Source: Eledone cirrhosa
Taxonomy: Eukaryota
DNA length: 64,000 bases
Direction: 5' to 3'
Assembly: GCA_964016885.1 (NCBI GenBank)
Contig: OZ024766.1
Location: forward strand, 16,306,001-16,370,000
Shown here: positions 52,201 through 64,000 of the stretch, in pieces
How positions within the stretch are numbered: position 1 is the first letter of the stretch
Layout of the letters: the number at the start of each line of letters is the position of its first letter
Made by a program: the position numbers and the translations under genes
Notes under the pieces: generated by a model
Databases searched by the model: none
Told to the model about the DNA's origin: nothing
What the model saw: only the letters and a program-made list of their open reading frames with translations

Positions 52201-55200
52201 GTCCATGGCTGTCTTGTTTAACTGGCTACTCCAGTGACTGCTCCTTCTAGTCCCTTCTTCCAATGTCAGTTGTCATACAGGTGTCCATGGCTGTCTTGTT
52301 TAACTGGCTACTCCAGTGACTGCTCCTTCTAGTCCCTTCTTCCAATGTCAGTTGTCATACAGGAGTCCAAGACTGTCTTATTTAACTGGCTACTCCAGTG
52401 ACTGCTCCTTCTAGTCCCTTCTTCCAATGTCAGTTGTCATACAGGTGTCCATGGCTGTCTTGTTTAACTGGATACTCCAGTGACTGCTCCTTCTAGTCTC
52501 TTCTTCCAATGTCAGTTGTCATACAGGTGTCCATGGCTGTCTTATTTAACTGGCTACTCCAGTGACTGCTCCTTCTAGTCCCTTCTTCCAATGTCAGTTG
52601 TCATACAGGTGTCCATGGCTGTCTTATTTAACTGGCTACTCCAAGACTGCTCCTTCTAGTCTCTTCTTCCAATGTCAGTTGTCATACAGGTGTCCATGGC
52701 TGTCTTATTTAACTGGCTACTCCAGTGACTGCTCCTTCTAGTCCCTTCTTCCAATGTCAGTTGTCATACAGGTGTCCATGGCTGTCTTATTTAACTGGCT
52801 ACTCCAGTGACTGCCCCTTCTAGTCCCTTCTTCCAATGTCAGTTGTCATACAGGTGTCCATGGCTGACTTATTTAACTGGCTACTCCAGTGATTTCCCCC
52901 TCTAGTCTCTTCTTCCAATGTCAGTTGTCATACAGGAGTCCATGACTGTCTTATTTAAGTGGCTACCCCAGTGACTGCTCCTTCTAGTCTCTTCATCCAA
53001 TGTCAGTTGTCATACAGGAGTCCATGGCTGTCTTATTTAACTGGCTGCTCCATTGACTGCTCCTTCTAGTCCCTTCTTCCAATGTCAGTTGTCATACAGG
53101 TGTCAATGGCTGTTATTTAACTGGCTACTCCAGTGACTGCTCCTTCTAGTCCCTTCTTCCAATGTCAGTTGTCATACAGGTGTCCAAAGCTGTCTTATTT
53201 AACTGGCTACTCCAGTGACTGCCCCTTCTAGTCCCTTCTTCCAATGTCAGTTGTCATACAGGAGTCCATGGCTGTCTTATTTAACTGGCTACTCCAGTGA
53301 CTGCCCCTTCTAGTCCCTTCTTCCAATGTCAGTTGTCATACAGGAGTCCATGGCTGTCTTATTTAACTGGCTACTCCAGTTACTGCCCCTTCTAGTCTCT
53401 TCTTCCAATGTCAGTTGTCATACAGGTGTCCATGGCTGTCTTATTTAACTGGCTACTCCAGTGACTGCTCCTTCTAGTCTCTTCTTCCAATGTCAGTTGT
53501 CATACAGGTGTCCATGGCTGTCTTATTTAACTGGCTACTCCAGTGACTGCTCCTTCTAGTCCCTTCTTCCAATGTCAGTTGTCATACAGGTGTCCATGGC
53601 TGACTTATTTAACTGGCTACTCCAGTGACTGCTCCTTCTCGTCTCTCTTTCCAATATCGGTTGTCTTACAGGAGTCCATGGCTGTCTTATTTAACTGGCT
53701 ACTCCAGTGACTGCTCCTGCTAGTCTCTTCTTCCAATGTCAGCTGACATACAGGTGTCCATGGCTGTCTTATTTAACTGGCTACTCCAGTGATTTCCCCC
53801 TCTAGTCTCTTCTTCCAATGTCAGTTGTCATACAGGAGTCCATGGCTGTCTTATTTAAGTGGCTACTCCAGTGACTGCTCCTTCTAGTCTCTTCATCCAA
53901 CGTCAGTTGTCATACAGGAGTCCATGGCTGTCTTATTTAACTGGCTGCTCCATTGACTGCTCCTTCTAGTCCCTTCTTCCAATGTCAGTTGTCATACAGG
54001 TGTCAATGGCTGTTATTTAACTGGCTACTCCAGTGACTGCTCCTTCTAGTCCCTTCTTCCAATGTCAGTTGTCATACAGGTGTCCAAAGCTGTCTTATTT
54101 AACTGGCTACTCCAGTGACTGCCCCTTCTAGTCCCTTCTTCCAATGTCAGTTGTCATACAGGAGTCCATGGCTGTCTTATTTAACTGGCAACTCCAGTGA
54201 CTGCCCCTTCTAGTCCCTTCTTCCAATGTCAGTTGTCATACAGGAGTCCATGGCTGTCTTATTTAACTGGCTACTCCAGTGACTGCCCCTTCTAGTCTCA
54301 TCTTCCAATGTCAGTTGTCATACAGGTGTCCATGGCTGTCTTATTTAACTGGCTACTCCAGTGACTGCTCCTTCTAGTCTCTTCTTCCAATGTCAGTTGT
54401 CATACAGGTGTCCATGGCTGTCTTATTTAACTGGCTACTCCAGTGACTGCTCCTTCTAGTCCCTTCTTCCAATGTCAGTTGTCATACAGGTGTCCATGGC
54501 TGACTTATTTAACTGGCTACTCCAGTGACTGCTCCTTCTCGTCTCTCTTTCCAATATCGGTTGTCTTACAGGAGTCCATGGCTGTCTTATTTAACTGGCT
54601 ACTCCAGTGACTGCTCCTTCTAGTCTCTTCTTCCAATATCAGTTGTCATACTGGAGTCCATGGCTGTCTTATTTAACTGGCCTACTCCAGTGACTGCTCC
54701 TTCTAGTCCCTTCTTCCAATGTTAGTTGTCATACAGGAGTCCATGGCCGTCTTATTTAACTGGCTACTTCAGTGACTGCTCCTTCTAGTCCCTTCTTCCA
54801 ATGTTAGTTGTCATACAGGAGTCCATGGCTGTCTTATTTAACTGGCTACTCCAGTGACTACTCCTTCTAGTCCCTTCTTCCAATGTTAGTTGTCATACAG
54901 GTGTCCATGGCTGTCTTATTTAGCTGGCTACTCCAGTGACTGCTGCTTCTAGTCTCTTCTTCCAATGTCAGTTGTCATACAGGTGTCCATGACTGTCTTA
55001 TTTAACTGGCTACTCCAGTGACTGCTCCTTCTAGTCTCTTCTTCCAATGTCAGTTATCATACAGGTGTCCATGGCTGACTTATTTAACTGGCTACTCCAG
55101 TGATTGCCCCTTCTAGTCTCTTCTTCCAATGTCAGTTGTCATACAGGTGTCCATGGCTGCCTTATTTAACTGGCTACTCAAGTGACTGCTCCTTCTAGTC

Positions 55201-58200
55201 CATTCTTCCAATGTCAGTTGTCATACAGGAGTCCATGGTTGTCTTATTTAACTGGCTACTCAAGTGACTGCTCCTTCTAGTCCATTCTTCCAATGTCAGT
55301 TGTCATACAGGTGTCCATGGCTGTCTTATTTAACTGGCTACTCCAGTGACTGCTCCTTCTAGTCTCTTCTTCCAATGTCAGTTATCATACAGGTGTCCAT
55401 GGCTGACTTATTTAACTGGCTACTCCAGTGATTGCCCCTTCTAGTCTCTTCTTCCAATGTCAGTTGTCATACAGGTGTCCATGGCTGTCTTATTTAACTG
55501 GCTACTCAAGTGACTGCTTCTTCTAGTCCATTCTTCCAATGACAGTTGTCATACAGGAGTCCATGGTTGTCTTATTTAACTGGCTACTCAAGTGAGTGCT
55601 CCTTCTAGTCCATTCTTCCAATGTCAGTTGTCATACAGGTGTCCATGGCTGTCTTATTTAAGTGGCTACTCCAGTGACTGCTCCTTCTAGTCTCTTCTAC
55701 CAATGTCAATTGTCATACAGGAGTCCATAACTGTCTTATTTAACTGGCTACTCCAGTGACTGCTCCTTCTAGTCTCTTCTTCCAATGTCAGTTGTCATAC
55801 AGGTGTCCATGGCTGTCTTGTTTAACTGGCTACTCCAGTGACTGCTCCTTCTAGTCTCTTCTTCCAATGTCAGTTGTCATACAGGTGTCCATGGCTGTCT
55901 TATTTAACTGGCTACTCAAGTGACTGCTCCTTCTAGTCCATTCTTCCAATGTCAGTTGTCATACAGGAGTCCATGGTTGTCTTATTTAACTGGCTACTCA
56001 AGTGAGTGCTCCTTCTAGTCCATTCTTCCAATGTCAGTTGTCATACAGGTGTCCATGGCTGTCTTATTTAAGTGGCTACTCCAGTGACTGCTCCTTCTAG
56101 TCTCTTCTACCAATGTCAATTGTCATACAGGAGTCCATAACTGTCTTATTTAACTGGCTACTCCAGTGACTGCTCCTTCTAGTCTCTTCTTCCGATGTCA
56201 GCTGACATACAGGTGTCCATGGCTGTCTTATTTAACTGGCTACTCCAGTGACTGCTCCTGCTAGTCTCTTCTTCCAATGTCAGCTGACATACAGGTGTCC
56301 ATGGCTGTCTTATTTAACTGGCTACTCCAGTGACTGCTCCCTCTAGTCCCTTCTTCCAATGTCAGTTGTCATACAGGAGTCCAAGACTGTCTTATTTAAC
56401 TGGCTACTCCAGTGACTGCTCCTTCTAGTCCATTCTTCCAATGTCAGTTGTCATACAGGTGTCCATGGCTGTCTTGTTTAACTGGCTACTCCAGTGACTG
56501 CTCCTTCTAGTCCCTTCTTCCAATGTCAGTTGTCATACAGGTGTCCATGGCTGTCTTGTTTAACTGGCTACTCCAGTGACTGCTCCTTCTAGTCCATTCT
56601 TCCAATGTCAGTTGTCATACAGGTGTCCATGGCTGTCTTGTTTAACTGGCTACTCCAGTGACTGCTCCTTCTAGTCCCTTCTTCTAATGTCAGTTGTCAT
56701 ACAGGTGTCCATGGCTGTCTTGTTTAACTGGCTACTCCAGTGACTGCTCCTTCTAGTCCCTTCTTCCAATGTCAGTTGTCATACAGGTGTCCATGGCTGT
56801 CTTGTTTAACTGGCTACTCCAGTGACTGCTCCTTCTAGTCTCTTCTTCCAATGTCAGTTGTCATACAGGAGTCCAAGACTGTCTTATTTAACTGGCTACT
56901 CCAGTGACTGCTCCTTCTAGTCCCTTCTTCCAATGTCAGTTGTCATACAGGTGTCCATGGCTGTCTTGTTTAACTGGATACTCCAGTGACTGCTCCTTCT
57001 AGTCTCTTCTTCCAATGTCAGTTGTCATACAGGTGTCCATGGCTGTCTTATTTAACTGGCTACTCCAGTGACTGCTCCTTCTAGTCCCTTCTTCCAATGT
57101 CAGTTGTCATACAGGTGTCCATGGCTGTCTTATTTAACTGGCTACTCCAAGACTGCTCCTTCTAGTCTCTTCTTCCAATGTCAGTTGTCATACAGGTGTC
57201 CATGGCTGTCTTATTTAACTGGCTACTCCAGTGACTGCTCCTTCTAGTCCCTTCTTCCAATGTCAGTTGTCATACAGGTGTCCATGGCTGTCTTATTTAA
57301 CTGGCTACTCCAGTGACTGCCCCTTCTAGTCCCTTCTTCCAATGTCAGTTGTCATACAGGTGTCCATGGCTGACTTATTTAACTGGCTACTCCAGTGATT
57401 TCCCCCTCTAGTCTCTTCTTCCAATGTCAGTTGTCATACAGGAGTCCATGACTGTCTTATTTAAGTGGCTACTCCAGTGACTGCTCCTTCTAGTCTCTTC
57501 ATCCAATGTCAGTTGTCATACAGGAGTCCATGGCTGTCTTATTTAACTGGCTGCTCCATTGACTGCTCCTTCTAGTCCCTTCTTCCAATGTCAGTTGTCA
57601 TACAGGTGTCAATGGCTGTTATTTAACTGGCTACTCCAGTGACTGCTCCTTCTAGTCCCTTCTTCCAATGTCAGTTGTCATACAGGTGTCCAAAGCTGTC
57701 TTATTTAACTGGCTACTCCAGTGACTGCCCCTTCTAGTCCCTTCTTCCAATGTCAGTTGTCATACAGGAGTCCATGGCTGTCTTATTTAACTGGCTACTC
57801 CAGTGACTGCCCCTTCTAGTCCCTTCTTCCAATGTCAGTTGTCATACAGGAGTCCATGGCTGTCTTATTTAACTGGCTACTCCAGTTACTGCCCCTTCTA
57901 GTCTCTTCTTCCAATGTCAGTTGTCATACAGGTGTCCATGGCTGTCTTATTTAACTGGCTACTCCAGTGACTGCTCCTTCTAGTCTCTTCTTCCAATGTC
58001 AGTTGTCATACAGGTGTCCATGGCTGTCTTATTTAACTGGCTACTCCAGTGACTGCTCCTTCTAGTCCCTTCTTCCAATGTCAGTTGTCATACAGGTGTC
58101 CATGGCTGACTTATTTAACTGGCTACTCCAGTGACTGCTCCTTCTCGTCTCTCTTTCCAATATCGGTTGTCTTACAGGAGTCCATGGCTGTCTTATTTAA

Positions 58201-61200
58201 CTGGCTACTCCAGTGACTGCTCCTGCTAGTCTCTTCTTCCAATGTCAGCTGACATACAGGTGTCCATGGCTGTCTTATTTAACTGGCTACTCCAGTGATT
58301 TCCCCCTCTAGTCTCTTCTTCCAATGTCAGTTGTCATACAGGAGTCCATGGCTGTCTTATTTAAGTGGCTACTCCAGTGACTGCTCCTTCTAGTCTCTTC
58401 ATCCAACGTCAGTTGTCATACAGGAGTCCATGGCTGTCTTATTTAACTGGCTGCTCCATTGACTGCTCCTTCTAGTCCCTTCTTCCAATGTCAGTTGTCA
58501 TACAGGTGTCAATGGCTGTTATTTAACTGGCTACTCCAGTGACTGCTCCTTCTAGTCCCTTCTTCCAATGTCAGTTGTCATACAGGTGTCCAAAGCTGTC
58601 TTATTTAACTGGCTACTCCAGTGACTGCCCCTTCTAGTCCCTTCTTCCAATGTCAGTTGTCATACAGGAGTCCATGGCTGTCTTATTTAACTGGCAACTC
58701 CAGTGACTGCCCCTTCTAGTCCCTTCTTCCAATGTCAGTTGTCATACAGGAGACCATGGCTGTCTTATTTAACTGGCTACTCCAGTGACTGCCCCTTCTA
58801 GTCTCATCTTCCAATGTCAGTTGTCATACAGGTGTCCATGGCTGTCTTATTTAACTGGCTACTCCAGTGACTGCTGCTTCTAGTCTCTTCTTCCAATGTC
58901 AGTTGTCATACAGGTGTCCATGACTGTCTTATTTAACTGGCTACTCCAGTGACTGCTCCTTCTAGTCTCTTCTTCCAATGTCAGTTATCATACAGGTGTC
59001 CATGGCTGACTTATTTAACTGGCTACTCCAGTGATTGCCCCTTCTAGTCTCTTCTTCCAATGTCAGTTGTCATACAGGTGTCCATGGCTGTCTTATTTAA
59101 CTGGCTACTCAAGTGAGTGCTCCTTCTAGTCCATTCTTCCAATGTCAGTTGTCATACAGGTGTCCATGGCTGTCTTATTTAAGTGGCTACTCCAGTGACT
59201 GCTCCTTCTAGTCTCTTCTACCAATGTCAATTGTCATACAGGAGTCCATAACTGTCTTATTTAACTGGCTACTCCAGTGACTGCTCCTTCTAGTCTCTTC
59301 TTCCAATGTCAGTTGTCATACAGGTGTCCATGGCTGTCTTGTTTAACTGGCTACTCCAGTGACTGCTCCTTCTAGTCTCTTCTTCCAATGTCAGTTGTCA
59401 TACAGGTGTCCATGGCTGTCTTATTTAACTGGCTACTCAAGTGACTGCTCCTTCTAGTCCATTCTTCCAATGTCAGTTGTCATACAGGAGTCCATGGTTG
59501 TCTTATTTAACTGGCTACTCAAGTGAGTGCTCCTTCTAGTCCATTCTTCCAATGTCAGTTGTCATACAGGTGTCCATGGCTGTCTTATTTAAGTGGCTAC
59601 TCCAGTGACTGCTCCTTCTAGTCTCTTCTACCAATGTCAATTGTCATACAGGAGTCCATAACTGTCTTATTTAACTGGCTACTCCAGTGACTGCTCCTTC
59701 TAGTCTCTTCTTCCGATGTCAGCTGACATACAGGTGTCCATGGCTGTCTTATTTAACTGGCTACTCCAGTGACTGCTCCTGCTAGTCTCTTCTTCCAATG
59801 TCAGCTGACATACAGGTGTCCATGGCTGTCTTATTTAACTGGCTACTCCAGTGACTGCTCCCTCTAGTCCCTTCTTCCAATGTCAGTTGTCATACAGGAG
59901 TCCAAGACTGTCTTATTTAACTGGCTACTCCAGTGACTGCTCCTTCTAGTCCATTCTTCCAATGTCAGTTGTCATACAGGTGTCCATGGCTGTCTTGTTT
60001 AACTGGCTACTCCAGTGACTGCTCCTTCTAGTCCCTTCTTCCAATGTCAGTTGTCATACAGGTGTCCATGGCTGTCTTGTTTAACTGGCTACTCCAGTGA
60101 CTGCTTCTTCTAGTCCCTTCTTCCAATGTCAGTTGTCATACGGGAGTCCAAGACTGTCTTATTTAACTGGCTACTCCAGTGACTGCTCCTTCTAGTCCCT
60201 TCTTCCAATGTCAGTTGTCATACAGGTGTCCATGGCTGTCTTGTTTAACTGGATACTCCAGTGACTGCTCCTTCTAGTCTCTTCTTCCAATGTCAGTTGT
60301 CAGACAGGTGTCCATGGCTGTCTTATTTAACTGGCTACTCCAGTGACTGCTCCTTCTAGTCCCTTCTTCCAATGTCAGTTGTCATACAGGTGTCCATGGC
60401 TGTCTTATTTAACTGGCTACTCCAAGACTGCTCCTTCTAGTCTCTTCTTCCATTGTCAGTTGTCATACAGGTGTCCATGGCTGTCTTATTTAACTGGCTA
60501 CTCCAGTGACTGCTCCTTCTAGTCCCTTCTTCCAATGTCAGTTGTCATACAGGTGTCCATGGCTGTCTTGTTTAACTGGATACTCCAGTGACTGCTCCTT
60601 CTAGTCTCTTCTTCCAATGTCAGTTGTCATACAGGAGTCCATGGCTGTCTTATTTAACTGGCTACTCCAGTGACTGCTCCTTCTAGTCTCTTCTTCCAAT
60701 GTCAGCTGTCATACAGGTGTCCATGGCTGTCTTATTTAGCTGGCTACTCCAGTGACTGCTCCTTCTAGTCTCTTCTTCCAATGTCAGTTGTCATACAGGT
60801 GTCCATGGCTGTCTTATTTAACTGGCTACTCAAGTGACTGCTCCTTCTAGTCTCTTCTTCCAATGTCAGTTGTCATACAGGTGTCCATGGCTGACTTATT
60901 TAACTGGCTACTCCAGTGACTGCTCCTTCTAATCTCTTCTTCCAATGTCAGTTGTCATACAGGAGTCCATGGCTGTCTTATTTAACTGACTACTCCAGTG
61001 ACTGCACCTTCTAGTCCCTTCTTCCAATGTCAGTTGTCATACAGGTGTCCATGGCTGTCTTGTTTAACTGGCTACTCCAGTGACTGCTCCTTCTAGTCCC
61101 TTCTTCCAATGTCGGTTGTCATACAGGTGTCCATGGCTGTCTTATTTAACTGGCTACTCCAGTGACTGCCCCTTCTAGTCCCTTCTTCCAATGTCAGTTG

Positions 61201-64000
61201 TCATACAGGTGTCCATGGCTGACTTATTTAACTGGCTACTCCAGTGATTTCCCCCTCTAGTCTCTTCTTCCAATGTCAGTTGTCATACAGGAGTCCATGA
61301 CTGTCTTATTTAAGTGGCTACTCCAGTGACTGCTCCTTCTAGTCTCTTCATCCAACGTCAGTTGTCATACAGGAGTCCATGGCTGTCTTATTTAACTGGC
61401 TGCTCCATTGACTGCTCCTTCTAGTCCCTTCTTCCAATGTCAGTTGTCATACAGGTGTCAATGGCTGTTATTTAACTGGCTACTCCAGTGACTGCTCTTT
61501 CTAGTCCCTTCTTCCAATGTCAGTTGTCATACAGGTGTCCAAAGCTGTCTTATTTAACTGGCTACTCCAGTGACTGCCCCTTCTAGTCCCTTCTTCCAAT
61601 GTCAGTTGTCATACAGGAGTCCATGGCTGTCTTATTTAACTGGCTACTCCAGTGACTGCCCCTTCTAGTCCCTTCTTCCAATGTCAGTTGTCATACAGGA
61701 GTCCATGGCTGTCTTATTTAACTGGCTACTCCAGTTACTGCCCCTTCTAGTCTCTTCTTCCAATGTCAGTTGTCATACAGGTGTCCATGGCTGTCTTATT
61801 TAACTGGCTACTCCAGTGACTGCTCCTTCTAGTCTCTTCTTCCAATGTCAGTTGTCATACAGGTGTCCATGGCTGTCTTATTTAACTGGCTACTCCAGTG
61901 ACTGCTCCTTCTAGTCCCTTCTTCCAATGTCAGTTGTCATACAGGTGTCCATGGCTGACTTATTTAACTGGCTACTCCAGTGACTGCTCCTTCTAGTCCC
62001 TTCTTCCAATGTCAGTTGTCATACAGGTGTCCATGGCTGTCTTATTTAACTGGCTACTCCAGTGACTGCTCCTTCTAGTCTCTTCTTCCAATGTCAGTTG
62101 TCATACAGGTGTCCATGGCTGTCTTATTTAACTGGCTACTCCAGTGACTGCTCCTTCTAGTCCCTTCTTCCAATGTCAGTTGTCATACAGGTGTCCATGG
62201 CTGACTTATTTAACTGGCTACTCCAGTGACTGCTCCTTCTCGTCTCTCTTTCCAATATCGGTTGTCTTACAGGAGTCCATGGCTGTCTTATTTAACTGGC
62301 TACTCCAGTGACTGCTCCTGCTAGTCTCTTCTTCCAATGTCAGCTGACATACAGGTGTCCATGGCTGTCTTATTTAACTGGCTACTCCAGTGATTTCCCC
62401 CTCTAGTCTCTTCTTCCAATGTCAGTTGTCATACAGGAGTCCATGGCTGTCTTATTTAAGTGGCTACTCCAGTGACTGCTCCTTCTAGTCTCTTCATCCA
62501 ACGTCAGTTGTCATACAGGAGTCCATGGCTGTCTTATTTAACTGGCTGCTCCATTGACTGCTCCTTCTAGTCCCTTCTTCCAATGTCAGTTGTCATACAG
62601 GTGTCAATGGCTGTTATTTAACTGGCTACTCCAGTGACTGCTCCTTCTAGTCCCTTCTTCCAATGTCAGTTGTCATACAGGTGTCCAAAGCTGTCTTATT
62701 TAACTGGCTACTCCAGTGACTGCCCCTTCTAGTCCCTTCTTCCAATGTCAGTTGTCATACAGGAGTCCATGGCTGTCTTATTTAACTGGCAACTCCAGTG
62801 ACTGCCCCTTCTAGTCCCTTCTTCCAATGTCAGTTGTCATACAGGAGTCCATGGCTGTCTTATTTAACTGGCTACTCCAGTGACTGCCCCTTCTAGTCTC
62901 ATCTTCCAATGTCAGTTGTCATACAGGTGTCCATGGCTGTCTTATTTAACTGGCTACTCCAGTGACTGCTCCTTCTAGTCTCTTCTTCCAATGTCAGTTG
63001 TCATACAGGTGTCCATGGCTGTCTTATTTAACTGGCTACTCCAGTGACTGCTCCTTCTAGTCCCTTCTTCCAATGTCAGTTGTCATACAGGTGTCCATGG
63101 CTGACTTATTTAACTGGCTACTCCAGTGACTGCTCCTTCTCGTCTCTCTTTCCAATATCGGTTGTCTTACAGGAGTCCATGGCTGTCTTATTTAACTGGC
63201 TACTCCTGTGACTGCTCCTGCTAGTCTCTTCTTCCAATGTCAGCTGACATACAGGTGTCCATGGCTGTCTTATTTAACTGGCTACTCCAGTGACTGCTCC
63301 CTCTAGTCCTTTCTTCCAATGTCAGTTGTCATACAGGAGTCCAAGACTGTCTTATTTAACTGGCTACTCCAGTGACTGCTCCTTCTAGTCCATTCTACCA
63401 ATGTCAGTTGTCATACAGGTGTCCATGGCTGTCTTATTTAACTGGCTACTCCAGTGACTGCTCCTTCTAGTCTCTTCTTCCAATATCAGTTGTCATACTG
63501 GAGTCCATGGCTGTCTTATTTAACTGGCCTACTCCAGTGACTGCTCCTTCTAGTCCCTTCTTCCAATGTTAGTTGTCATACAGGAGTCCATGGCCGTCTT
63601 ATTTAACTGGCTACTTCAGTGACTGCTCCTTCTAGTCCCTTCTTCCAATGTTAGTTGTCATACAGGAGTCCATGGCTGTCTTATTTAACTGGCTACTCCA
63701 GTGACTACTCCTTCTAGTCCCTTCTTCCAATGTTAGTTGTCATACAGGTGTCCATGGCTGTCTTATTTAGCTGGCTACTCCAGTGACTGCTGCTTCTAGT
63801 CTCTTCTTCCAATGTCAGTTGTCATACAGGTGTCCATGACTGTCTTATTTAACTGGCTACTCCAGTGACTGCTCCTTCTAGTCTCTTCTTCCAATGTCAG
63901 TTATCATACAGGTGTCCATGGCTGACTTATTTAACTGGCTACTCCAGTGATTGCCCCTTCTAGTCTCTTCTTCCAATGTCAGTTGTCATACAGGTGTCCA
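40263..64000. repeat. 82-bp satellite array E (>=~290 monomers, runs off window end)
   Basis: Continuous monomers with multi-kb internal duplications. Confidence 0.98.

Noticed and set aside
40263-64000. CRISPR-like array
   Set aside because: No unique spacers, whole monomers repeat, eukaryotic context and no cas genes.

Overview
AT-rich eukaryotic DNA, most likely from an octopus or other cephalopod (inferred from the [17 protein letters not shown]-type finger arrays, SINE type and TA microsatellites). The first 40 kb holds four tandem copies of a ~7-9 kb module, each with one intact single-coding-exon C2H2 zinc-finger gene (18, 24, 18 and 14 fingers). Each module also has a putative 5'UTR intron with RTE-like LINE and SINE relics, decayed fingers after the stop codon, two long palindromes and a Helitron RepHel fragment. 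The modules are separated by arrays of an 82-bp satellite (about >=9, 16, 77, 5 and >=290 copies); the last array fills 40.3-64 kb. Main observations: (1) the satellite is an amplified piece of the Helitron RepHel coding sequence and sits in situ inside that fragment; (2) each monomer also reads like a miniature Helitron (TC...hairpin-11 nt-CTAG); (3) the finger arrays are reshuffled from a shared finger set while their flanks stay near-identical; (4) the downstream palindromes show compensatory and arm-swapped changes between copies. Coordinates and copy numbers were read by eye, and family assignments come from recalled motifs, not database searches.
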